The notes under the pieces: model-generated | What the model saw: only the letters and a program-made list of their open reading frames with translations | What the model was told of the DNA's origin: nothing | The model's database searches: none | Shown here: piece by piece, positions 1-8,761 of the stretch | Position numbering within the stretch: the stretch's first letter is position 1 | Layout of the letters: each line of letters starts with the position of its first letter | Position numbers and translations under genes: made by a program | NCBI GenBank assembly: GCA_003557645.1 | Contig: PWNV01000014.1 | Span: forward strand, 17,989-81,988 | Direction: 5' to 3' | Length of the DNA: 64,000 bases | From: Candidatus Nealsonbacteria bacterium | GTDB taxonomy: Bacteria > Patescibacteriota > Minisyncoccia > Minisyncoccales > PWPS01

Positions 1-1123
1 ATGTTCCCATCGAACCAGGAATGATCACTGGCTGGCCTATTTTTTTGTACCTTTCTGGAATCTTCTCGCTCCCTGGAGGAAGTGCTCTCGTTGCTCCCTT
101 TCGATGTACAAGAAGCTTTTTCCCTTGATGCTCTTCCATCTTCACCGTGTTATGTGCTACATCATAAACCATTTCCAGTCTTTCCTCTCCAAATACTTCC
201 GTCCACGCTTTAGAAATGAAGTGTCCAATCATATGCCTGTTGGCAAAAGCATAGTTCATTGCTCCAGAAAGTGCTTTTTGATAATTTTCCCCTTCCTTAG
301 AAAGAAAGGGAGCACAAACAAGCTCTTTATCAGGAATACTAATACCATGCTCTTTCATCTTTCCTTTCATTGTGTTGATATGTTCGCTGGCTACTTGGTG
401 GCCAAGCCCTCGTGATCCCGAGTGAACCATAATCATCACCTGTCCTTTAAAAATACCCATTTCTTCTGCCCCTGGAAAAATTTCTTTAACTTCTTGAATC
501 TCTAAAAAATGATTTCCTGATCCCAAAGTACCTACCTGATCCGCCCCTCTTCTTTTTGCTTTTTCTGAAATTAGAGAAGAATCTGCGTTGCTCATTCTCC
601 CTTCTTCTTCACAAAGTTCCGCTTCGCTTCCTTTCCCATATCCTTCCTCGATTAGATAGTCTACCCCTTCTTCCAATATTCTATCTATCTGAGAAAAGGT
701 AAATTTAAGCCTTCTTCCTTTTCCTAGGCCAGAAGGAATTTCTTTCTGTATTTTTTCAGCTAATTTTTTTAGACTTCCCTCTGATCCCTTTTTAGAAACA
801 CTTGAAGCGAAAAGCCTCATTCCACAGTTTATATCATATCCACAAACTCCAGGAGATATCACCCCCTTATCTATCTCTGTAGCAATCACTCCCCCAATAG
901 GAGATCCATAGCCCTCGTGCACATCAGGCATGGCCATTGCGTACTTGTAAGCACCAGGAAGAGTAGCAAGATTTATAAGTTGATCTAGTGACCTGTCTTT
1001 CAGGCTTTCCCTTAAAATTTCTTTAGTTGCGTACACTCTTGCAGGAACAAACATATCACTCCTGTGCTCTCTGGAAACTTCCCATAGATAATCATTCTTT
1101 TTTTTAAAATTATCTATCAACAT
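1..1123 (-). CDS. rtcB: RtcB-family RNA ligase (3' end runs off the window; not in the ORF track)
   Basis: Manual translation from ATG at 1123: MLIDNFKKKNDYLWEVSREHRSDMFVPARVYAT...AMPDVHEGYGSPIGGV...GYDINCG...QVGTLGSGNHFLE...HSGSRG...HRKG, which are RtcB motifs. The start overlaps the murE stop. Confidence 0.9.
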   Translation of the reverse strand, partial: MLIDNFKKKNDYLWEVSREHRSDMFVPARVYATKEILRESLKDRSLDQLINLATLPGAYKYAMAMPDVHEGYGSPIGGVIATEIDKGVISPGVCGYDINCGMRLFASSVSKKGSEGSLKKLAEKIQKEIPSGLGKGRRLKFTFSQIDRILEEGVDYLIEEGYGKGSEAELCEEEGRMSNADSSLISEKAKRRGADQVGTLGSGNHFLEIQEVKEIFPGAEEMGIFKGQVMIMVHSGSRGLGHQVASEHINTMKGKMKEHGISIPDKELVCAPFLSKEGENYQKALSGAMNYAFANRHMIGHFISKAWTEVFGEERLEMVYDVAHNTVKMEEHQGKKLLVHRKGATRALPPGSEKIPERYKKIGQPVIIPGSMGT

Positions 1124-2375
1124 TTTTCTCAAACTCTTCCTTTGCTATCTTTCGATCATCCCAAGGCACCTTTTTACCATCTTTCAAGCAAAGCCATGGT
1201 TCATTCCCTTTGCCGGTGATAATTATTATATCCCCCTCGCGTGCTCCCTTCACCGCTTCTCTTATTGCCTCTCTTCTGTCTGCTACTTTCTCCCCTTTTC
1301 CTTTCGTTCCAGAGATTACCTCATCAATAATCTCTTCTGGGTCTTCGTCGTAAGGATCTTCATTGGTAACAATAACGCGATCACAATATTTTACAGCAAT
1401 TTCTCCCATAACAGGTCTCTTCCATTTATCTCTTCCGCCACCACAAGACCCTAATACAGCTATCATATTTTTAGGAGAAAAAGACTCTTTGATTTCTTTA
1501 TAAACATCTTCCAGCGTTGTTGGTGTAACCGCATAATCAACAATTATCTTAAAAGGAAAAGATACTACTTCTTCCATTCTTCCCGGAATTACACTTACCT
1601 TGGAAAGAGCTTTTGCTGCTATTTCTATATTTACGTTTTCAATCATAGCAAAAGAAACAGCGGCAAGAGCGTTATAAACATTAAAAGAACCTTTCAGCTG
1701 GAGATCAAACCTGGTATTTTCCAGCATAAAACTCACTCCCTCATAGGTAGATTTTATTTCTGTAGCGTGTAATAACTTTCCTTGTCCCTTCCAAGAAGGC
1801 TTTTCTTTTTTGCTAAAGTAAATTTTTTCTGTACTTTTAAAGCCAAGAAAGTAATCTGCGTTTTCATCATCAATATTTATAATGTGAGTATCTTTTGTAG
1901 CTTGAAAAAGTTTTCCTTTTTCTTTTTTATAGTTTTCAAAACCTTTGTGAGCTTCAATGTGTTCGGGGGAAAGATTAGTAAAGCAAGCAGCAGAAAATCT
2001 TATAAACCTATGACGATGCTGTTTAATACCTTCTGAAGCAACTTCCATCACTGCTATTTGGCAACCTCTGTCAACCGCTTTTCTAAGAAGTGACTGAAGA
2101 ACACCTCTTCCAGGCATAGTCATCTTAAAAAGGTTTTGTTCTTCTTCTCCATCAATTTCAAATTTTACCGAAGAAAAAGCGGCTACCTTATACCCTGCCT
2201 CCTTAAAGATACGAGATGTTAAATCTACAGTGGTGGTTTTCCCGTTGGTCCCTGTTACAGCAAAAACTATTATCTTAGAAGAAGGGAAACGGTAATAAAG
2301 AGCTCCCAGGAAAGCTAAGGCAAAATGGTAAGCCCCAATAAGAGGAGTGATTTTACGTAATGTCTTTTTAATCAT
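1110..2375 (-). CDS. murE: Mur ligase, MurE-like (lacks the usual N-terminal domain)
   Basis: GTNGKTTT P-loop, FTNLSPEH, GRME, VDYA, GGGRDKWKRP, TNEDPYDEDP, GKG. Confidence 0.8.
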   Translation of the reverse strand: MIKKTLRKITPLIGAYHFALAFLGALYYRFPSSKIIVFAVTGTNGKTTTVDLTSRIFKEAGYKVAAFSSVKFEIDGEEEQNLFKMTMPGRGVLQSLLRKAVDRGCQIAVMEVASEGIKQHRHRFIRFSAACFTNLSPEHIEAHKGFENYKKEKGKLFQATKDTHIINIDDENADYFLGFKSTEKIYFSKKEKPSWKGQGKLLHATEIKSTYEGVSFMLENTRFDLQLKGSFNVYNALAAVSFAMIENVNIEIAAKALSKVSVIPGRMEEVVSFPFKIIVDYAVTPTTLEDVYKEIKESFSPKNMIAVLGSCGGGRDKWKRPVMGEIAVKYCDRVIVTNEDPYDEDPEEIIDEVISGTKGKGEKVADRREAIREAVKGAREGDIIIITGKGNEPWLCLKDGKKVPWDDRKIAKEEFEKNVDR

Positions 2376-2901
2376 TTCCCAGAATCTTTAATGCTTTCTT
2401 TACTCTTTCTTCTGTGCTCCCTTCATCTGAAATTTTTCTTAGGGCCTCTTTTATGTTTGCTTGAGGAAATCCAAGCTCCCGTAAAGCCTCAAAAACTTCA
2501 TCCTTTTCCGGCTCTTTTATAAACTTACGAGAGAGCTCAAACACTATCTGTTGGCCTTTTTTTTCTCCAATACTAAATATTTCCTTCATTATTTGCTTAT
2601 CCTCTCTTTGTATCGCCTCCTTCATCTCTTCCATGGGAGCAATAGATGCAATGCGAAGAGCTGTTTTAGGTCCAATCCCAGAAATATTCATTAATTTTTC
2701 AAAGAAGTCTAAATTTTCTTTATTCTCAAAACCATACAACCGAGACCCTTTATCCGTCACCTGCATATGACAATAAAGCATAACTTCCTTGTTCTCTCCT
2801 ATCTTCGAGGAAACCAAGACTTTGTATCCAACCCCTCCCACATCAACAACAACAAAATCCTTTTCCACTACTTCTATTTTTCCTTTTAAATAATAAATCA
2901 T
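2368..2901 (-). CDS. ruvA: Holliday junction branch migration protein RuvA
   Basis: MIYYLKG...DVGGVGY, LYGF, HhH ISGIGPKTA, ALRELGF; start moved to MIYY. Confidence 0.93.
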   Translation of the reverse strand: MIYYLKGKIEVVEKDFVVVDVGGVGYKVLVSSKIGENKEVMLYCHMQVTDKGSRLYGFENKENLDFFEKLMNISGIGPKTALRIASIAPMEEMKEAIQREDKQIMKEIFSIGEKKGQQIVFELSRKFIKEPEKDEVFEALRELGFPQANIKEALRKISDEGSTEERVKKALKILGND

Positions 2902-2979
2902 GTATTTCATTATACAAAATAACAAGAAATAATAAAGAAGATTTGACTTAATAAAGAAAAAATGATATACGGTAGAACT

Positions 2980-3234
2980 ATGCCAATAATCAAATCAGCT
3001 AAAAAAAGACTAAAGCAAAGCGAAAAAAGAAGATCGCTTAATTTGAGATACAAAAATCAAATGAAACTGGTAGTAAAGCAGATCAGGGATCTTCTTAAGG
3101 AAAAAAAGAAAAGCGAAGCAAAAAAGCTTCTCCCAGAAGCTTATAAAAAAATTGATAAAGCTGCAAAAGCAGGAGTGATAAAAAAGAATACTGCTTCTAG
3201 AAAAAAATCACGATTGACGAAAGCTTTAGCTTAA
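2980..3234 (+). CDS. rpsT: 30S ribosomal protein S20
   Basis: MPIIKSAKKR...IDKAAKAGVIKKNTASRKKSRL; start moved to 2980. Confidence 0.96.
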   Translation: MPIIKSAKKRLKQSEKRRSLNLRYKNQMKLVVKQIRDLLKEKKKSEAKKLLPEAYKKIDKAAKAGVIKKNTASRKKSRLTKALA

Positions 3235-4163
3235 GACTGAAAAACAAATAAATGGAGCGCTGAAACGGGATCGATCTGTCCCGTTTTTATTTTTAGATCT
3301 ATTTCGAAAAGCCAATCATACTTTTCTTCAAGTTCTTTGTAAGAAAATCTCTCTGCCTGCTTGTAGCTCTTTGCAAAAACAAAAGAGTGTAACTTTGATC
3401 TGCTTTTCACTTCTTTGTAAGGAAGGTTTTTCTCCAGAAGATCACTCACTATAAGCAGATTTCTAAACTGATAACTAATCATAGAAAAAAGATAGAGGGG
3501 GTTATCTCCTTTTTCTAAATGATCATGCAAGAGCAAGATAGCTTTTTCTCTATCACCCAATGCAACAGCATCTATCATTTTAAAAATATTAATCTCTATC
3601 TCTGGCTTAACAAGCAACTTCACGTCTTCTATTTTTATGTTTTTAGAATAGAGGGAAAGTTTTTCTATTTCATTTTTAGTTCTATGCAAATCTTCTCCAC
3701 GAAAGCGCATTAAGTAGTTGACCACCTCTTTTGTAGCTTTCACTTTTCTTTTCTCGAATTCTTTTTCAATCCACAAGGCAAGACTTCCTTTGACAAGAGG
3801 TTTAAACTCTTGATGTTTGCCTTTTTTCTCTTTTGTTAAGAAAACAAAAAGCTCATCTTTCTCTTTAATCTCACCTTCCTCATAAAAAACAATAATATTC
3901 TCGGAAGATATTATTTTTTCCGGCTTTTCGATAATCGCTTTTTTAAGAGAAGAAGAAGTAAAACCGTTTTTTACCACAAGAAGCCTTTTTTCTTGAAACA
4001 TAGAGACTTGCCGCTCCTCATCGTAGATGTCATCAAGCGAACTCTTTTCATTCAAAAATTTAAGATTGAGGCCGCTCGTATGCTTTTTTTCATACTCTTT
4101 AATAATATCTTGCAACTTTTCTTTTGAGCGATAAGTGTCTTTTCCGTGAAGAATAATAATCAT
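3231..4163 (-). CDS. holA: DNA polymerase III delta subunit
   Basis: MIIILHGKD, SMF, NEIEKLSLY, NIFKMIDA, DLKIKTG; convergent with rpsT as is typical; ATGA overlap with mutM. Confidence 0.9.
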   Translation of the reverse strand: MIIILHGKDTYRSKEKLQDIIKEYEKKHTSGLNLKFLNEKSSLDDIYDEERQVSMFQEKRLLVVKNGFTSSSLKKAIIEKPEKIISSENIIVFYEEGEIKEKDELFVFLTKEKKGKHQEFKPLVKGSLALWIEKEFEKRKVKATKEVVNYLMRFRGEDLHRTKNEIEKLSLYSKNIKIEDVKLLVKPEIEINIFKMIDAVALGDREKAILLLHDHLEKGDNPLYLFSMISYQFRNLLIVSDLLEKNLPYKEVKSRSKLHSFVFAKSYKQAERFSYKELEEKYDWLFEIDLKIKTGQIDPVSALHLFVFQS

Positions 4164-4984
4164 ATTTTCTGGCAAGTAGGACAATAATAAGTTCCCCTTC
4201 CTCCTACTTTAACTCTTTCTATCTTATCCTTACAGCTAAAACAGGGCAAGCCCTTCCGATTATATACCAGATGTTCATTTTGATATCCTCCCTTCTCTCC
4301 ACTTATAAGTCGATAATCACTCGTACTGTCTCCCTTGAGCTTTATTGATTTTTCCAGTATCTCTTTAAGAAAAGAGTAGATTCTTTTTTTCTCTTCTATG
4401 CTTAGAGATCCTGCATCTTTCCAAGGTGCAATTCCCGCCTTGAAAAGAACCTCAGCAGCATAGATGTTTCCAACACCAACAAGAAAGAACTGATTCATCA
4501 GCAAAGGTTTAATTTTTCCTTTCTTTTTGTTGAACAATTTAAGAAAATCCTCTTCCTTAAGAGATAGTGGCTCAGGGCCAAGCTTTTCCGAGTATTGCTT
4601 TTCTTCTTCTTTGGTAATTAGGGAAACCTTCGCAAATTTTCTCGGATCAGAAAGCGCGATCTGTTTCCCGTCATCAAGAAAAAAAATAAATCGTAAAAAT
4701 TTGTTTTTCCTTTCCTGCAAAATCTTTTCTTCACTCTCCCAATCTCCATTTTTTTGCTTCCACTTTCCAAGAAGTAAATGACCTGTCATACGCAAATGAA
4801 TAAATAAAACATTTTCACTGCTTAAGTCAAAAAAAATACACTTTCCTCTTCTTCTTATTTTCTCAATGCGTTTTCCTTCGAGCTCTTTCAAATCATTATC
4901 CCCCCATACACGCACAAAGGTCCTTTTGAGGACCTTTTTTTTAAGCGATGAAACTGTTGTCTCTACTTCAGGAAGTTCCGGCAT
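4160..4984 (-). CDS. mutM: Formamidopyrimidine-DNA glycosylase
   Basis: MPELPEVET, RRGK, HLRMTG, DPRKF, GVGNIYA, C-terminal C4 zinc finger. Confidence 0.96.
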   Translation of the reverse strand: MPELPEVETTVSSLKKKVLKRTFVRVWGDNDLKELEGKRIEKIRRRGKCIFFDLSSENVLFIHLRMTGHLLLGKWKQKNGDWESEEKILQERKNKFLRFIFFLDDGKQIALSDPRKFAKVSLITKEEEKQYSEKLGPEPLSLKEEDFLKLFNKKKGKIKPLLMNQFFLVGVGNIYAAEVLFKAGIAPWKDAGSLSIEEKKRIYSFLKEILEKSIKLKGDSTSDYRLISGEKGGYQNEHLVYNRKGLPCFSCKDKIERVKVGGRGTYYCPTCQKI

Positions 4985-5014
4985 ATCAAAAACAACTAAA
5001 ATTTGTATCTTCCT

Positions 5015-5377
5015 CTAAAGAGTTTCTTGAATTTTTTCAATAATTTCTCCAGGGGTAAAGTGTGCTTTTATTAAAAAGTCAATTGCACCAAGGCTCAATC
5101 CTCTTTCTACTTCACTCTTCTGCCCTAGATTAGAGAGAATAATTACTGGAATATCTTTTACTTCTGGATCTTGCTTTACTCTCTCTAAAACAGTAAAACC
5201 ATCAATGCCTGGAAGAATAAGGTCCAGAAGAACTAAATCAGGCCTTTCTTCTTTTATTTTTTCTTCTCCCTCTTCTCCGTCCACAGCTTGAACCACCTCA
5301 TAATTCTCTCTGTCAAGCTTACGAGTAATCATCTCTCGAAGAAACTTATCATCTTCAACAACTAATATTTTAGCCAT
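5015..5377 (-). CDS. Single-domain response regulator (REC)
   Basis: ILVVEDD, DLVLLDLILPGIDG, LSN, K; no output domain. Confidence 0.92.
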   Translation of the reverse strand: MAKILVVEDDKFLREMITRKLDRENYEVVQAVDGEEGEEKIKEERPDLVLLDLILPGIDGFTVLERVKQDPEVKDIPVIILSNLGQKSEVERGLSLGAIDFLIKAHFTPGEIIEKIQETL

Positions 5378-5406
5378 ATTTTTTTATATTTATATTTTTA
5401 AAATTA

Positions 5407-5793
5407 TTAAATATTATTGTCTTTGGGTTTCCCAATTTGTTTAATTACTTTATCCACCACTTCTTGGGGGTCAAATTCTGTTTTTACAAGCCAATCACAC
5501 GCTCCAAGTCTTTGTGCTCGGTCAATCTCAACCGGTTGACCAGAGTTAGAAACTACAACAACAGGAACTCCTGAAAAACTTTTATCCTTTTGCATCTCTT
5601 CCATCATCTCAAACCCTCCCATGTTCGGCATAATAATATCTAAAAGAACAATATCTGGTTTTACCTGCTTTATTTTTTCAAGTCCCTCTATACCATCTCG
5701 TGCAACATCTGCTTCGTATCCCTCTTCTCTTAATCTCTTTTGTAATAAACTACGAAGAATCTCTTCATCTTCAACAATTAGAACTTTTTTCAT
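5407..5793 (-). CDS. Single-domain response regulator (REC)
   Basis: VLIVEDE, DIVLLDIIMPNMGG, VSN, K; no output domain. Confidence 0.92.
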   Translation of the reverse strand: MKKVLIVEDEEILRSLLQKRLREEGYEADVARDGIEGLEKIKQVKPDIVLLDIIMPNMGGFEMMEEMQKDKSFSGVPVVVVSNSGQPVEIDRAQRLGACDWLVKTEFDPQEVVDKVIKQIGKPKDNNI

Positions 5794-5858
5794 GATTTTA
5801 GGTGTTACCAGTCTTTTCTGTATTCTATTATGATTAAAAATAATGTCAACTAAAAATA

Positions 5859-7568
5859 TTATTTAACAAATGGAATGGTGAAATAGAAAGTACTTCCTTC
5901 TTCAGCCTTAGAGGTAAAACCAATCTTTCCACCGTGTGCATCAATAATATTTTTGGCGATGAAAAGCCCTATCCCTGACCCCTCCGTCTCCATACGCATT
6001 ACGTTTGCAGCACGAAAAAACTTAGTAAAAATTCTTTTTTTCTGTTCATCTGGTATCCCTACTCCCGTATCAGTAATTGATACTTTAATTTCTTCCTCTT
6101 CCTTACTAATAACAATAACCACCCCTCCTTCCTTGGTATAGTTTACGGCGTTATCTAGAAAATTCTGAATCACCATCTCAATTTTCTCCTTATCAATTTT
6201 AACTTTTGGCAGCTCTTCTTTTGGTTTTTCTACTTGAAGCTTTAATTTCTTCTCTTCTATTTTACTTTTATATTCTTCAATGATCGGACTAATGATTTCC
6301 ATCAAATCCACCTCTTCTGGCTTATATATATACCTTCCTTCTTCAATTCGGGTTACGTTTAAAAGATCATTGATTAAAGAAACCATGCGATTATTGGCAT
6401 CGTATGCCTTTTCAAGCAACTCTGTGTGTTCTTCAGGCGCATCCTTGCCCATCTCTTCTAAAATGGTTTTCAATGTCCACTTAACACCAGAAAGGGGGGT
6501 TCTAAGCTGATGAGCAGCAACAGAAACAAACTCCGTTTTTATCTGCTCCATCTGTTTTTCTCTTGTAATGTCATGCACATTTACAAGAGTACCAAAGTTT
6601 TTTCCCTTATATATAATAGGAATTGTTGTAATCTCAAGAAAAAAATTATCGCTAATCTGCATTTCTTTTCGGAACAAGTCTTCAATTTTTTCTCCGATTA
6701 CTTCAATCAACGACTCCAAAGCCGGTAAAGATTTAAGCTCCTTTATACTTTTCCCTCTAACATCTTTAGCTTTTACATTAAACATCTTCCCCGCCTCGGG
6801 ATTAATAAGAGTGAGCTCCTTCTTTTCATTGAAGAGAAAAAGTCCATCTGCAAAATTGCTAATTACTGCTAAGGTTTTTTCTCTTTCTCTTTCCACTTTT
6901 CTTAGCGATTCCTCATTCTCTTCCAAGATATTTAGAAGGGCAGTCTGAGACTTTTCCAGCTCTTTTGCTCTTTCCTGTAGCTCTTTTGTTCTTTCTTCTA
7001 CCTTTCTTTCCAGATTTTCATTTAACTCTTTAAGCTCTCTAGTACGAGCATTAATTTTAATTTCCAGTACCGCCTCAGATCTTTCTAACTTTTCTTTCGC
7101 TTTCTCCAGTTCTGCTGTCCTTTCTTTTATTTTTCTTTCCAGCTCCTCTTCAAACTCTTTCGTTTTTGTAATATCGGTAATTGTTAAAAAATAACCAGAA
7201 AAACTTCCATGTCGATCTTTCCTCGCAAGAGCAGACACTTCAACCGGAACCTCTTTTCCTTCTTTAGTGCTTAAGAAAGTTCTCCTATCGACTGCTCCTT
7301 CACTACTTGACACTTCTTCCTTAAAATCTTCGACAACCTCTTTATCTCTAAACAAAAATTCTATGTCATTTCCAATAACCTCCAATTTTTCATATCCGGT
7401 AAGATTTTCAAAGGACTGATTTACATCAAGAATAAAGTCAAGAGAATTTACCATACAAAAAGAAAGAGGGAGAAATGAGATAAACTCTTCTATATACTCC
7501 CTAAGCTCTTCAAGCTCTTTCTCTGTGGCTTCAATTATTTTTTCGCTTTTTGCTTTTTCTTCCGCCAT
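5859..7568 (-). CDS. Cytoplasmic PAS-PAS sensor histidine kinase
   Basis: Two PAS-like domains ending in DIT, H-box AAHQLRTPL, N-box NFLDNAVNY, DTGVGI, GSGIGL; no TM segment. Confidence 0.92.
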   Translation of the reverse strand: MAEEKAKSEKIIEATEKELEELREYIEEFISFLPLSFCMVNSLDFILDVNQSFENLTGYEKLEVIGNDIEFLFRDKEVVEDFKEEVSSSEGAVDRRTFLSTKEGKEVPVEVSALARKDRHGSFSGYFLTITDITKTKEFEEELERKIKERTAELEKAKEKLERSEAVLEIKINARTRELKELNENLERKVEERTKELQERAKELEKSQTALLNILEENEESLRKVEREREKTLAVISNFADGLFLFNEKKELTLINPEAGKMFNVKAKDVRGKSIKELKSLPALESLIEVIGEKIEDLFRKEMQISDNFFLEITTIPIIYKGKNFGTLVNVHDITREKQMEQIKTEFVSVAAHQLRTPLSGVKWTLKTILEEMGKDAPEEHTELLEKAYDANNRMVSLINDLLNVTRIEEGRYIYKPEEVDLMEIISPIIEEYKSKIEEKKLKLQVEKPKEELPKVKIDKEKIEMVIQNFLDNAVNYTKEGGVVIVISKEEEEIKVSITDTGVGIPDEQKKRIFTKFFRAANVMRMETEGSGIGLFIAKNIIDAHGGKIGFTSKAEEGSTFYFTIPFVK

Positions 7569-7628
7569 TCTTGTTTTGATTCTTACTTTTTAAAAATAGC
7601 ACTTTGAGATTTAGAATTCAATTCTTTT

Positions 7629-8516
7629 TTAAATTCCAAGTTCCAGGTTTACCTTTTCTTCCGGAAGACGATTAATCAAACTACTAAAACCAAGTCCTTC
7701 AAAAACAAGAGAAAGCCTTTCTTTCTTGTAATCGAAATAAAAATCTCCAAGATTAAAAGGAAAGTCTTTGTCCCTTCTTATCGTCGCCAATTCCTTGCTT
7801 AAAAAGGCTTTTTCTTTTTCTTCTTTCAATTTTTCTCTTAATCTCTCAGAAGCAACTTTATTTAAAGAAAAATACAAATTCTCCAAATTTTCAAACTCCT
7901 TGATAAGCTTTAATGCTGTCTTTTCTCCCACTCCGCTAACCCCAGGTATATTGTCCGAAGAGTCTCCCTGAAGAGCTTTTATATCTGGAATATTTCCTGG
8001 AGAAATTCCTTCATAACGCTCTTTAACCTTTTCTACGTCATATAAAACTCCTTCTTTTATTCCTCTTTTCAAGTTATAGATTTTTATGTTTTTGTCTGCT
8101 AGCTGTAAAATATCACCATCGCCACTTACAATAATTGTCTCCATCTCTTTCGAAGAAAAGAGAGAGAGAGTTCCTATGATATCATCCGCCTCCAGTCCTT
8201 TTTCTTCTAAAACAGAGACTCCCATTGCTTCAAAAATACTTTTCATTCCCTCTATTTGGGAAACAAGATCTGATGCAGTTTTAGGTCTTTGTTCCTTATA
8301 TTCCTTATACTTTTCATGCCGAAAAGTTTTTCCAGGAAAATCAAAAATTGCTGAAACATATTGAGGTCTAAAGGATGAAAATATCTTTAAAAACGCAAGC
8401 AAAGAACCGTACATCGCTCCTGCCGGTTTCCCATCCTTGGTGGTAAGTGGCGGAAGAGCGTGAAAAGCCCTGTGAAGAATAGAATTTGTGTCAATTAATA
8501 AGAATCTCTTTTCCAT
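7629..8516 (-). CDS. Stand-alone 5'-3' exonuclease/flap endonuclease (Pol I N-terminal domain only)
   Basis: LLIDTNSILHRAFHA, YK..R, EADDIIG, SGDGD, GDSSDNIPGVSGVGEKTA; stops at 295 aa. Confidence 0.9.
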   Translation of the reverse strand: MEKRFLLIDTNSILHRAFHALPPLTTKDGKPAGAMYGSLLAFLKIFSSFRPQYVSAIFDFPGKTFRHEKYKEYKEQRPKTASDLVSQIEGMKSIFEAMGVSVLEEKGLEADDIIGTLSLFSSKEMETIIVSGDGDILQLADKNIKIYNLKRGIKEGVLYDVEKVKERYEGISPGNIPDIKALQGDSSDNIPGVSGVGEKTALKLIKEFENLENLYFSLNKVASERLREKLKEEKEKAFLSKELATIRRDKDFPFNLGDFYFDYKKERLSLVFEGLGFSSLINRLPEEKVNLELGI

Positions 8517-8557
8517 TGCTCTATACTATATCACATTAAAACCATCAAACACAGTCT

Positions 8558-8586
8558 TTGACAGAACGCCTTTTTTCTGATACTAT
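8558..8586 (+). promoter_or_regulatory. sigma70 promoter for the 6S-like RNA/rny
   Basis: TTGACA-17 bp-TACTAT. Confidence 0.7.
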
Positions 8587-8603
8587 AAAGTCATTATAAT
8601 AAC

Positions 8604-8756
8604 TTTGGACTTGGAATTCATCTAAAAATCGTGTCCGTACTAAATTCACTATTTTTATATCGAGAACTAAAAAAATCGCGGGCTGTACTACTGAAATAGT
8701 GCCTGCATGCTCTTGAAAAAACGGGCAGAAAGACGTTGAAGAATCAAGTCTCCAAA
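8604..8756 (+). ncRNA. ssrS: Candidate 6S RNA (long irregular hairpin)
   Basis: Nested pairings TTTGGACTTG..ATTC/GAATCAAGTCTCCAAA, TGTCCGT/ACGGGCA, TCGAGA/TCTTGA, GCGG/CTGC, GTACTA/TAGTGC around an AU-rich bubble; immediately upstream of rny. Confidence 0.55.
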
Positions 8757-8761
8757 CTTGT

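Noticed and set aside
104-415. 103-aa + strand ORF
   Set aside because: Antisense shadow of the truncated rtcB.
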